A stretch of DNA of 27,931 bases from a virus (Duplodnaviria > Caudoviricetes), in the IMG/VR virus record IMGVR_UViG_3300042299_000619, positions 1-27,931 of that record; one strand, written 5' to 3'. Within the stretch, counting starts at the first letter, position 1; each line of letters opens with the position of its first letter. The notes beneath the pieces were generated by a model. The model was given only the letters and a program-made list of their open reading frames with translations, was not told the origin of the DNA and searched no databases. Of the stretch, positions 1-9,035 are shown one piece after another. The translations under genes were made by a program, and so were the position numbers.

Positions 1-270
1 AATTATATTAAACCCATAGATATAATTATCTCTGAATCGACCTAAACTTATGTTTTTATCATTATCGCTAGTAGATTCGTGATTTGTTCTCCCTTGATCT
101 CCTCTAGGACCTACATAATCTTTAAAATAGCCTCTTAAGGCAGTTAAACTCGAATCTTTATTGTCATAGCGAGTATCTTTGGTCAATAATCGTTTTAATA
201 CGTTTACGTCAGATATTCTTACAGGTCCAGTTGCTGGAATGTGTGATATTGCATCATTGGATGTTGCCAT
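1..270 (-). CDS. Partial gene (runs off the window), putative tail-fibre tip/adhesin protein
   Basis: Not in the ORF track. ATG at 270, open to base 1: MATSNDAISHIPATGPVRISDVNVLKRLLTKDTRYDNKDSSLTALRGYFKDYVGPRGDQGRTNHESTSDNDKNISLGRFRDNYIYGFNII. The 'IPATGPVRISDV...ISLGRFR' pattern resembles the N-terminal 'LPxSGxISxSDI...ISLSxF' motif I recognise from proteins encoded right after S74-bearing fibres. Confidence 0.8.
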   Translation of the reverse strand, partial: MATSNDAISHIPATGPVRISDVNVLKRLLTKDTRYDNKDSSLTALRGYFKDYVGPRGDQGRTNHESTSDNDKNISLGRFRDNYIYGFNII

Positions 271-291
271 AATGTATTATTTTTGAAATTA

Positions 292-2661
292 TTAAAGTAA
301 CTCTATTTTTGCAGCCAATTCGTCGTTTTTATTTTTTAATTCCTTTATGCATTCGATCAATAGAGGAATTAATTTTTCATATCTAACTGCTTTATATCCA
401 TTTTCTCGTGTAGTAACAATTTCTGGAAATATATCTTCAACTTCTTGCGCTATGATGCCAATATCATAGCCAGAATAGGTGGTTTGGTTGCTGTTCCATG
501 TAAATGATACACCGTTTAGTCTTTCAATTTTTTCTAACGGACGTTGAATATTTTTTATATTATTTTTTAAGTTTGCATCGGATGACGAATATGCAACTAC
601 ATCTCCTTCTGAGGATATACCACCCTTTGCAGCTATACTACCACTAGTAGTTATACTAGCACAAGAAAATGCACCAGCATTACTAATTGATGCTTTTTCA
701 ACTAACGCGTTGGTTGCATTATTAGTACCAAATGAAATTTTACCCGGAGTCACAATTTCTAAATCATTGCCATTTGCAGTAATGCGTGTCGCATCGCCTT
801 CAAATTTTAGGCCTCGGTTGCCAGCAGTCGTATCGAGTTTTTTTACGGTTAGAGTATTGGCTATTGAGATGCTGTCTGCTAATTTCGTCGAGGTAATAGC
901 TTTATTTTGTATTTTAGCAGTTGCTATGCCTTTGCTCGAATCATCAGTATCAGCGTCTGTTATCATAGCATTTACTATGACACTATCTTGTATTTTTGAT
1001 ATAAAATCTACATTCGCGCTTCCATTTGTAGAAAAAGTAAACGCAACATGTGTAGCGTCAGTCCCTATTGTTTTTGACGTAAATGTTCTAGAGTTAGTCC
1101 ACACTCTAGCACTTTTAGCGATTCCATCAAAATCGTTAGCAGTTCCAGTTGGAGCAGCCGCAGTTCCGCTGGTTGTAAATGAACTTGCAGATACAGATCC
1201 TTGTGATCGTAAACTTACTACATGCACTAAACCAGTGGTGTTATCTATACGCAATCCAACTCCAGTATCAGCGGTTTCGGCCGAAATTGCGGCTGAAATT
1301 GCTCCTCCTTGAATTTCAAATTTTCCTGGAGACGCTGAGCCAATGCTAATTAGCTGCCATGATTTACTGGAGTTATGACTTGATAGTCCAGTTTCACCGA
1401 CACCAGCTAACACTAAACGACCACCATTATCTCCAGCGGTTAGCGTTGCGACTTTAACTTTAAATCCAGTTCCAGTTCCTCCTATAAGATTTGATGCAGC
1501 AGTTAAAAATATGTCAATTCCGTTAAATCCGTTTCCACGATCTGTTATAGTCACATTAGTAACTTTACCACCAGAAACGACTATGTCTGCTTTTGGTGCA
1601 GTTGTAAAGTTTGAATTTCCTGATGATTTCGAAAGAGTAATGTTATAGTATGTATTATTTGCATATCCTGTACCAGCAGTAAGCGCTCCAAGCGTCGCAA
1701 CTCCCTGTGTTCGGCCTTCGATTAAAACTTGACCGCCTTGAACTTCAAGATCTTTAATAACAACGGTATCTCCATCAGGCTCCCATGTTGGGCCTCCAAC
1801 TGATATTTTTGATGGAATAATTGCTCCTTGTTGTATATGCGCAGAAGTTATGCCTGTAGCTATACCATCAGGATCGGCTGTTGAGCCATCCAAAGCAGGA
1901 TCCCACTCCTTGATATGCCGTCTAAGCACGACATCCGGTCTTAGCATACCAACAATTTTTATTTCAGACGTGCCATCAAATGATGGAATATGAGCTGTTG
2001 GAGTATATACATCAGATATCAGTTCGCTGCTAGACACAGTTCCAGCTTGCGTATTAACTGAAGTTAGTGCGGGACTAATTCCGGTACACGTATCGTTTTC
2101 TAGAGCAATGTTTAGTGTCGCGTCTTGTGCTCTTGCGCGTTTATTAGTTAGAGTTATTTCTCGATTTTGACCATCAATATTAAATAGCGCAATGATATCT
2201 TCGTTTGCGTTTAATGCACCTCTAACTTTATTCGCCCATGCTGTAGGAGTGTCGTTAAGTTGAACAGGAACACTAATAACTCTAAACTTAGTAGATGTTG
2301 AAAAATTTGCAGAAGTAATCGTTACCCTTGCATTTCCAGTAGCAGTTATAGTTCCTGTTGCTGTTGCAGTTTCTTTCTGTAGAGTTCCAGTATAAAGAAT
2401 ATTCGTGTCAAGATATATTTTACGAGGGTTGAGTAGACGAATTGATGTGGTGTCAACCAATCTAGTTTTACTTAAATCTATTGAAAACGTTGGGTTGGTT
2501 TGGTCAGAAAGATTTAGTGTAATATCACCGGCTCCAGATTGACCAAATGTTGCATTTAATATAGAAGATGTACCTAAACCCAATTGTTTACGCATTTCAG
2601 AGCGCTCAACTGGTACAGGTTGATTCGCTGGAAGTGGTCCTAAATTAATCGATGTAGCCAT
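292..2661 (-). CDS. Tail fibre protein with C-terminal peptidase S74 intramolecular chaperone
   Basis: 789 aa, T/G/S-rich mosaic. C-terminus SSDANLKNNI...LNGVSFTWN...DIGIIAQEVEDIFPEIV...YKAVRYEKLIPLLIECIKEL is a canonical S74 auto-cleaving chaperone (about 295..582). Confidence 0.92.
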   Translation of the reverse strand: MATSINLGPLPANQPVPVERSEMRKQLGLGTSSILNATFGQSGAGDITLNLSDQTNPTFSIDLSKTRLVDTTSIRLLNPRKIYLDTNILYTGTLQKETATATGTITATGNARVTITSANFSTSTKFRVISVPVQLNDTPTAWANKVRGALNANEDIIALFNIDGQNREITLTNKRARAQDATLNIALENDTCTGISPALTSVNTQAGTVSSSELISDVYTPTAHIPSFDGTSEIKIVGMLRPDVVLRRHIKEWDPALDGSTADPDGIATGITSAHIQQGAIIPSKISVGGPTWEPDGDTVVIKDLEVQGGQVLIEGRTQGVATLGALTAGTGYANNTYYNITLSKSSGNSNFTTAPKADIVVSGGKVTNVTITDRGNGFNGIDIFLTAASNLIGGTGTGFKVKVATLTAGDNGGRLVLAGVGETGLSSHNSSKSWQLISIGSASPGKFEIQGGAISAAISAETADTGVGLRIDNTTGLVHVVSLRSQGSVSASSFTTSGTAAAPTGTANDFDGIAKSARVWTNSRTFTSKTIGTDATHVAFTFSTNGSANVDFISKIQDSVIVNAMITDADTDDSSKGIATAKIQNKAITSTKLADSISIANTLTVKKLDTTAGNRGLKFEGDATRITANGNDLEIVTPGKISFGTNNATNALVEKASISNAGAFSCASITTSGSIAAKGGISSEGDVVAYSSSDANLKNNIKNIQRPLEKIERLNGVSFTWNSNQTTYSGYDIGIIAQEVEDIFPEIVTTRENGYKAVRYEKLIPLLIECIKELKNKNDELAAKIELL

Positions 2662-2668
2662 ATGCTAT

Positions 2669-2676
2669 TATTTATA
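2669..2676 (-). promoter_or_regulatory. T4-type late promoter TATAAATA
   Basis: Exact TATAAATA on the minus strand, intergenic, 7 nt upstream of the ATG at 2661. Confidence 0.8.
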
Positions 2677-2691
2677 TGATAAAAATTATTT

Positions 2692-5073
2692 TTATGTTAG
2701 ATTGTAGACACGAACATGACCTTTATAATTACTATTCCATATTGCGCCAATTGCTACTCTATCGCCAGCAGAGTTCATGCTTACGCTCGTTCCACTCAAA
2801 TCGAATGCAGCTTCACCATCAATATCTGATCCTAGTTGAACCCATGAACTGCCGTTCCAACTATAGACGCGAACATGACCACTATCAGTGCCATTACCGT
2901 CATTAGAGCGCGCTCCAATAGCAACTATATCGCCAGCAGAGTTCATGCTTACGCTATAACCGCTATCGTCGCCAACGGCTTCACCATCAATATCTGATCC
3001 TAGTTGAACCCATGAACTGCCGTTCCAACTATAGATGCGAACATGACCTCTATTATTACCGTTGACGAACGCTCCAATTGCTATTCTATCACCTGCAGCA
3101 TTTATGCTTACGGCACAACCGCTTTCATCGTTATCGGCTTCACCATCTATGTCTTGTCCTAGTTGTGTCCACGAACTGCCAGTCCAATTATATACACGAA
3201 CATGACCTCTGTCGGTGCCATTACCGTCATTGTATATTGCACCAATTGCTACTCTATCGCCAGCAGCATTCATGCTTACGCTATAACCAAAATAATCACT
3301 TGCGGCTTCACCATTTATATCTTGTCCTAGTTTGGTCCAAGAACCGTTGCTAAAAGAATATATCTGAACTTCACCCCTATCGATACCGCTACTATCATTA
3401 CCAGACGCTCCAATAGCCAATCTATCACCAACAGCATTCATACTAACAGCTGTGCCAAAAAAGCTATTAACACCACCAGCAACTTCACCATCTATATCTT
3501 GTCCTAGTTGTGTCCACGAACTGCCAGTCCAATTATATACACGAACATGACCTCTGTCGGTGTCGTTGCCATCATTATTACTAGCTCCAATAGCAACTCT
3601 ATCACCAACAGCATTCATACTAACTTGTCTGCTGTTATCACCTACAGCTTCACCATCTATGTCTTGTCCTAGTTGTGTCCACGAACTGCCAGTCCAATTA
3701 TATACACGAACATGACCTCTATTAGTATTATTACCATCATTACCATCATTACCAGACGCTCCAATAGCTACTCTATCTCCAGCAGCATTCATGCTTATAT
3801 TATTTCCGCTTTGATCGCCAACAGCTTCACCATCTATATCAAGACCCAGTTGACTCCATATATTAAAAGTAGTAGTATAGACCGCACTAGTTTTAGTATT
3901 AGGCGCACCAAACGTCATTGTCTGACCGTCTCGCGAAAGCTTTGGATTAAAGCCGTTGTTGCTATTTGCTGCTCCATGTGATACAGTTGCTGACAGTTCC
4001 CAGCTTGTACCATTCCAGTCATAAACTTTAATAGAACGATCTCCACCTCCTGAGTCTAATTGTCTAGTTCCAACTATTATTCTAGAAGCAGTGCCATCCA
4101 TAGATAAGCTTACATCTGGTTCATCATTGCTATAATAAGCGGGTTGAATTATATCATTGCCTATTTTAGTCCACGTAGAGTCTGTCCATCTAAAAATCCT
4201 AACAGTACCATCATTATCTTGATTTAAATATCCTGCAATCACTACAAAATTTCCTGTAGAGTCAAGTTTTACAGCATCACAACCACCATACCAACCGTCA
4301 GTCTCATATTGTGACCTGTTTCCGAGTTGAGACCAAGTACTGCCGTTGAGTCTGTAGATATCTACACCACTATTGCTAGCTTGTGTGCCTATTGCTACGG
4401 TATCTCCAGAACCGTTCAGAGAAACTTTCCAACCAAAAATTTGTGAACCGCCTACACCAGCTTTAAGTATTGTATTACCGTGTGCGCTCCAAGAAGATCC
4501 AGACCATTTAAAAATTCTAACTCTCGTATCACCACTAGTATTCGTAGGTGCAGTAGCACCAAAAAATGGCTCACCTATTGCTAACACAGATCCGTCTCCA
4601 CTAATATCAATGCTACAATTGACGCTACGAGTAGAAATAGCAGATCCACGTTGTGACCATGAAGAACTGTTCCATTCATAGACGATGACGTTTGTGTTAG
4701 ATGTATATCCACCTACGTCATATCCTTCAAATCCTACAGCTATAACGTTGCCATCATCACTTATGCTTGTAACTATCTCTCCATTCTGTACAGCAAGATT
4801 AATTTTACTGTACGACCAAGACTGCGAACCGCTGTTCCATCGCCCTACATTTAAAAATGGAGCATTTGAAGCGTTTCTGCCTGCGTTCACGACTACTGTG
4901 CCATCAGCGTTAACACTGGTAGCATAACCGCCTATGGTTTCACTTTCAGTATAAGCTTGTCCTTTGAGAAACCAATTTCTTCTAGTATGGATAATTTGAT
5001 TACCATTACCGTTGCCATTACCGTTGCCACGTCGCCGTTTGCGTTTTCTTTCTATTACTGATGATAATAACAT
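2692..5073 (-). CDS. Tandem beta-propeller (FG-GAP-like repeat) protein, putative receptor-binding tip
   Basis: 793 aa. A divergent N-terminal propeller is followed by about 7 highly similar ~56-aa repeats (WxQLGxDIDGEAxGDxSGxSVSMNAAGDRVAIGAxxNDGNGxDRGHVRVY). N-terminal basic run and (GN)5 linker. Confidence 0.85.
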   Translation of the reverse strand: MLLSSVIERKRKRRRGNGNGNGNGNQIIHTRRNWFLKGQAYTESETIGGYATSVNADGTVVVNAGRNASNAPFLNVGRWNSGSQSWSYSKINLAVQNGEIVTSISDDGNVIAVGFEGYDVGGYTSNTNVIVYEWNSSSWSQRGSAISTRSVNCSIDISGDGSVLAIGEPFFGATAPTNTSGDTRVRIFKWSGSSWSAHGNTILKAGVGGSQIFGWKVSLNGSGDTVAIGTQASNSGVDIYRLNGSTWSQLGNRSQYETDGWYGGCDAVKLDSTGNFVVIAGYLNQDNDGTVRIFRWTDSTWTKIGNDIIQPAYYSNDEPDVSLSMDGTASRIIVGTRQLDSGGGDRSIKVYDWNGTSWELSATVSHGAANSNNGFNPKLSRDGQTMTFGAPNTKTSAVYTTTFNIWSQLGLDIDGEAVGDQSGNNISMNAAGDRVAIGASGNDGNDGNNTNRGHVRVYNWTGSSWTQLGQDIDGEAVGDNSRQVSMNAVGDRVAIGASNNDGNDTDRGHVRVYNWTGSSWTQLGQDIDGEVAGGVNSFFGTAVSMNAVGDRLAIGASGNDSSGIDRGEVQIYSFSNGSWTKLGQDINGEAASDYFGYSVSMNAAGDRVAIGAIYNDGNGTDRGHVRVYNWTGSSWTQLGQDIDGEADNDESGCAVSINAAGDRIAIGAFVNGNNRGHVRIYSWNGSSWVQLGSDIDGEAVGDDSGYSVSMNSAGDIVAIGARSNDGNGTDSGHVRVYSWNGSSWVQLGSDIDGEAAFDLSGTSVSMNSAGDRVAIGAIWNSNYKGHVRVYNLT
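2810..3048. repeat. Intragenic direct repeat pair, 71 bp (2810..2880, 2978..3048)
   Basis: Offset 168 bp (one 56-aa blade), 1 mismatch by eye. Confidence 0.9.
3137..3720. repeat. Intragenic direct repeats, three copies of about 74-80 bp (3137..3217, 3483..3562, 3647..3720)
   Basis: 3137..3210 and 3647..3720 are identical; the middle copy has 1 mismatch. Encodes RGHVRVYNWTGSSWTQLGQDIDGE. Confidence 0.9.
4999..5028 (-). repeat. Short coding tandem repeat (GGCAACGGTAAT)x2 + GGTAAT encoding (GN)5
   Basis: Read directly from the sequence. Confidence 0.85.
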
Positions 5074-5076
5074 ATA

Positions 5077-7644
5077 TTAAATAAAATCAAATATTTTATT
5101 CGTTGGACTAGTAACATCAACACATTTTAATGCAAATGTGTCTCCGGCTAAAATATTTGTAATATCATTATCATTTATTGTTGCGTTTGAAGTAGTTAAT
5201 GTTAATGCACCTGCAGGTGATGTTCCGCCAACTCGTCGAATTGTTACCGTCATACCGACTGTCCATGCTCCACTTCCATTTAATGTTATTGCCGTTCCGC
5301 CTGCTGCAGAGCAACGTATATATTCATTGTTATCCGCTTCAGTTATAGTGAGTGTTGCTGCTGAAGTATTAACGACAGTATGCAAATTATTAATACGAGT
5401 GTCATTTCCAGCACAAAAAGTATTTGCTGCAGTTCCAAATGATCCTGTAGATATTGTACCACCCGTGGTCGTTATAAGTGGTAAGTTAGCAGCAGATCCA
5501 AGTTTACCGTCATTGGTTATGCTGCCGTGCGTATGTGAAGCAGGAGTACGAGCATCACTTAATCGAGTGTCATTTCCAGCACAAAAGGTATTTGCTGCAG
5601 TTCCAAATGATCCTGTAGATATTGTACCACCCGTGGTCGTTATAAGTGGTAAGTTAGCAGCAGATCCAAGTTTGCCGTCACTTGTTATGCTGCCATGAGT
5701 GTGTGAAGTCAATGCTACAGTTCCAGTAGCATCGGGAAAGGTAATTATTTTATCTGTGCCTGTTGCGCTACCAGTTAATTTAATGGTATTAGTTCCAGAT
5801 AAAAAGACATTTGTTGTAGTAGTATCTCCATTTACCACTAATTTAGATGTAGAAGCGGTGCTGCTGGTGCCTATCCATATACTTCCGTTTGGAGTAATTC
5901 GTAATGCTTCAAGAGCTCTATCAGCTGTTCTACTGCCAGCGACTGTCGTAGAAAATCTTAATGTAGATGATCCATTAGTAGAAATATCTGCATTTATACT
6001 AGAAATAATTTTATCATTTTCATTCGTAAAGTTAATATAGCCATCTCGTGCAGTTGAAGAGTTTGCAGTATTTTGCTTTATTGCTATTCCACCATTTCCG
6101 CTGGTTGATCCAGTAAATACTGGAGTAATAACGTTGGATTTTAAAGTGTTGTTATACACAATTTTACCAATTGCAGATAAAATTGAATCTGTTGCGGCTA
6201 CTGTTTGTGCAACTGTGTATGATGTAGTTAAACTAGTAAGAGCCTTTCCAGTTACAGTTGTCGCTGATATAGCGGTGAGAGTTTGGGTTCCTGTAACATC
6301 TCCAGATAAACTTCCAGTAAAGTTTGTAGTGCTACCAGCACTTGTAGCAGAACCGTTAAGAGTTCCAGAAAACGTAGGCGCAGTTACTGTTCCAGTAAAA
6401 GTTGGACTCTCTAATACAGCGATGGTATTTCTAGTAACGGTTCCAGAATTATTTGTAATATAAAATTTTGCTCCATCATACTCAACTGCACCCGCTATAG
6501 GGTTTGTTGATAGAGCACCAGAAACAAATTTCAACGGAGCTGCTGCAGATGTACCTGTTGGTAAAGTTACTGTACCAGTAAAAGTTGGGTTATTAATTGG
6601 TGCCTTTCCATTGACAGAGTCTGCTGTTCCCTTTAAATCTAATTGTGCTTGTATAGAACTGGTTACACCATTTAGATAGCTTATCTCGTTTGAATCAACA
6701 TTTCCGATGGATGTAGTCGTTGGTAATGTTATGGTTCCAAAAAAAGATGCACCAGTTGAAGGAGCTTTAGCATCTAATTGATTTTGTATAGAACTTGTTA
6801 CTCCATCGAGACAACTTATCTCGTTTGATAAAACTGTTCCGATAGATGTAGTTGACGGAAGAACAACATTACCACTAAAAATTGGACTAGCGAGTGGAGC
6901 TTTTAATGACAGCGCAGTAGTAATAGTTGTTGCATAGTTAGCATCATCGTTAATCGCTGCTGCAAGTTCGTTTAAAGTATCTAATGCAAGCGGAGCGTTG
7001 TCAATAAGATCACTAATTGCATTAGTCACGAAAGTTTCAGTTGCTATCGTTCTTCGTGTTGGAGTTGGAGAAGAGTTGTGAGTAATGTAAAATTTTGTGC
7101 CATCATACTCAACTGCTCCCGAAACTGTTTCTGTTTTTAACGGACCAGCAACAAATTTTATAGGAATAGAAGTTAACGAACCAGTTGGAAGTGTTACGGT
7201 ACCAGTAAAAGTTGGACTAGCGATTGGGGCCTTTGTATTGATCTGTCCTTGTATAGGGTCTGTTACACCATCAAGATAAGAAATTTCATCGGCATCAACG
7301 TTTCCAATTGTAGTTTGTACAGGCATTTCAACAGTGCCTTGAAAACGCGGATTTATTATAGGAGCCTTAGTATCAATAGCTGATTTTAACTTACTAAAAG
7401 TAGTTAAGATGGTATCATTTTCATTTATTTCTCCAGTAATACCTGGAACATAACCAGTAATTTTTTTATTTAAAAAGTATGAAGATGGTATCATATCTAT
7501 CATACTCTGTGCCATGTGATAGACCGCAATCTTTTTATTTGTGCCCCATTCGCTCATCGATTGGTCTTCACGATCGACCATCATGAGCCAATCTAACGGA
7601 CTTGCCGCATCTTGCGGTGTTAAATCTGTAATCTTAATTGCCAT
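5077..7644 (-). CDS. Long tail fibre protein (trimeric shaft repeats, HxH motifs, C-terminal adaptor-like domain)
   Basis: 855 aa. N-terminal KITDL...MVD...GTNKKI motif; repeated KAPxxSPTFTGTVTLP and EISYLDGVTSxIQxQL units; P2 gpH/lambda Stf-like APLALDTLNELAAAINDDANYATTITTAL; two SHTH...GNDTR units; about 100-aa beta-rich C-terminal domain. Confidence 0.9.
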   Translation of the reverse strand: MAIKITDLTPQDAASPLDWLMMVDREDQSMSEWGTNKKIAVYHMAQSMIDMIPSSYFLNKKITGYVPGITGEINENDTILTTFSKLKSAIDTKAPIINPRFQGTVEMPVQTTIGNVDADEISYLDGVTDPIQGQINTKAPIASPTFTGTVTLPTGSLTSIPIKFVAGPLKTETVSGAVEYDGTKFYITHNSSPTPTRRTIATETFVTNAISDLIDNAPLALDTLNELAAAINDDANYATTITTALSLKAPLASPIFSGNVVLPSTTSIGTVLSNEISCLDGVTSSIQNQLDAKAPSTGASFFGTITLPTTTSIGNVDSNEISYLNGVTSSIQAQLDLKGTADSVNGKAPINNPTFTGTVTLPTGTSAAAPLKFVSGALSTNPIAGAVEYDGAKFYITNNSGTVTRNTIAVLESPTFTGTVTAPTFSGTLNGSATSAGSTTNFTGSLSGDVTGTQTLTAISATTVTGKALTSLTTSYTVAQTVAATDSILSAIGKIVYNNTLKSNVITPVFTGSTSGNGGIAIKQNTANSSTARDGYINFTNENDKIISSINADISTNGSSTLRFSTTVAGSRTADRALEALRITPNGSIWIGTSSTASTSKLVVNGDTTTTNVFLSGTNTIKLTGSATGTDKIITFPDATGTVALTSHTHGSITSDGKLGSAANLPLITTTGGTISTGSFGTAANTFCAGNDTRLSDARTPASHTHGSITNDGKLGSAANLPLITTTGGTISTGSFGTAANTFCAGNDTRINNLHTVVNTSAATLTITEADNNEYIRCSAAGGTAITLNGSGAWTVGMTVTIRRVGGTSPAGALTLTTSNATINDNDITNILAGDTFALKCVDVTSPTNKIFDFI
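5396..5708. repeat. Tandem duplication, 168-bp period (5396..5540, 5564..5708)
   Basis: 145 aligned bp with 7 mismatches by eye. Encodes SHTHGSITxDGKLGSAANLPLITTTGGTISTGSFGTAANTFCAGNDTR twice. Confidence 0.93.
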
Positions 7645-7649
7645 AAGCC

Positions 7650-7657
7650 TATTTATA
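7650..7657 (-). promoter_or_regulatory. T4-type late promoter TATAAATA
   Basis: Exact match, intergenic, 5 nt upstream of the ATG at 7644. Confidence 0.8.
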
Positions 7658-7679
7658 TAATACTATGGATAGTTTATTA

Positions 7680-7958
7680 CTAAACCTCTTCAAGCGTTTC
7701 TGGTTCTACAATAGAATCTTCGTAATTTGGATGTAACAATTCATTGTCTGCGATATACTGATCACACTCTTCTTTAGTATCAGCAACAACAATAGTTAGG
7801 GGGCTTGAAGTATAGCCAGAGCATTGTTGCGGTTCTGTAATTATTTGTTTAGATATAGCATCGTATATCATCCACCAATCTTGTTCTGTAGTACACACTT
7901 CATCTGGGGAAGGAATTGCTTCTTCTACATCTAATTGTTTTGAATATATTTTAATCAT
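7680..7958 (-). CDS. Small acidic protein (92 aa), possible fibre/LRR assembly chaperone
   Basis: The ORF track starts at 7988 inside the upstream gene. ATG at 7958 (MIKIYSKQ...) lies 4 nt after the upstream stop and is preferred. D/E-rich; function inferred from position only. Confidence 0.7.
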   Translation of the reverse strand: MIKIYSKQLDVEEAIPSPDEVCTTEQDWWMIYDAISKQIITEPQQCSGYTSSPLTIVVADTKEECDQYIADNELLHPNYEDSIVEPETLEEV

Positions 7959-7962
7959 AATA

Positions 7963-9021
7963 TTAATTTGTTGTGACTGTCCATCCACGTGATATTAATG
8001 TCGTTTTATCAGTGAGCCCTTGACCAGTTGGCGCGGCGTTGCCAGTTCCGCCAAGATTCAATATACATGTCCCGTTTGTATGTGTTCTTCCAGCCGCTAC
8101 AAAAGCTGCGAGAATTGCATTTACTGCTGCAGATGTAAGCAGATTGTTATTCGCCTGAAAGTTTCCTAAGTTACTTGGTACTGATCCACCAGTAGCAAAA
8201 CCAGTAAGTTGGTTGCCGTCGCACCAAAACAGCGACAAATCAAAGACATTGGCTAAGTTTGGAATGTTCCCAGTAAGTTTAGTCGCACCCCTTTGATTTT
8301 GACAATTAAATTGCCACAGTTTGCCAGCCAAACTAGGTATGCTTCCTGTATGAAAATTTTGATCACACCAAAAGCTTTCTATTAGAGATGGGACAGGTTG
8401 AATGTTTCCTGTTACATTGTTACCTGAATAGACGAAACCAATGCAGTTTGGATGATCGGTTAACAGCGGGGCTGTCGAGCTTGTATAACCACTACCAACT
8501 CTACTACCAAAATGAATAGCTCGTAATTTAGAATTTGCTCCTGTGGGTAAGATAGGAAAGTTGCCGCTTAATAGATTAAACTGAATAAATAAGAGTTCCA
8601 GTTTGGTAAGCATGGATAAATCTAGATTATTGCCCATCAGTGACGTATTGTTTATAAGAACGTTCTTGAGCTGGGTATTTTGTGTCAGGTCTGGAAACGA
8701 TCCTGTCCAGCTATTGTATTGAAGTCCTATCGTCGCGTAAAAGTTGATTGTCTCTAGGTTTGGTTTGTTAGAGAGCGTTTCAAAGTTTCCCTGAGCCGCA
8801 CCAAATGCATTATCACCCATTTCAATAGCAACCAAGTTTGTCAGAGGTCCATAGCCTTGAAAGCGTGTAATGCCATTGCTTATACATCTGATAGATATTA
8901 GATTAGGAAAAGCAGAGACATCTATTGTGCCGCCTAATTTTGGAGTTGAAGACCCGCAATCAATAGCAGTGATTGTTCCTAATCCAGCAGGAGTAGATAA
9001 TTTAATTGTCGCGGTTGGCAT
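7963..9021 (-). CDS. Leucine-rich repeat protein (NxLsGxIP-type repeats) with C-terminal cap
   Basis: 352 aa. LTKLELLFIQFNLLSGNFP, FWCDQNFHTGSIP, KLTGNIPNLANVFDLSLFWCDGNQLTG; ends NNLLTSAAVNAIL...LISRGWTVTTN. Confidence 0.85.
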   Translation of the reverse strand: MPTATIKLSTPAGLGTITAIDCGSSTPKLGGTIDVSAFPNLISIRCISNGITRFQGYGPLTNLVAIEMGDNAFGAAQGNFETLSNKPNLETINFYATIGLQYNSWTGSFPDLTQNTQLKNVLINNTSLMGNNLDLSMLTKLELLFIQFNLLSGNFPILPTGANSKLRAIHFGSRVGSGYTSSTAPLLTDHPNCIGFVYSGNNVTGNIQPVPSLIESFWCDQNFHTGSIPSLAGKLWQFNCQNQRGATKLTGNIPNLANVFDLSLFWCDGNQLTGFATGGSVPSNLGNFQANNNLLTSAAVNAILAAFVAAGRTHTNGTCILNLGGTGNAAPTGQGLTDKTTLISRGWTVTTN

Positions 9022-9027
9022 ATTCTA

Positions 9028-9035
9028 TATTTATA
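9028..9035 (-). promoter_or_regulatory. T4-type late promoter TATAAATA overlapping the upstream TAA stop
   Basis: GTA TAA ATA: the exact motif contains the stop of the 456-aa gene and is 6 nt upstream of the ATG at 9021. Confidence 0.7.

Noticed and set aside
7658-7679. Imperfect inverted repeat upstream of the late promoter (possible terminator)
   Set aside because: AT-rich short stem with a bulge, a 2-nt loop and no U-tract; too weak to call.
2692-9021. Eukaryotic-virus origin suggested by the NLS-like run, FG-GAP-like propellers and plant-type LRR
   Set aside because: gp8, DUF4815, the tail collar, S74 and TATAAATA promoters all indicate a T4-like bacteriophage.
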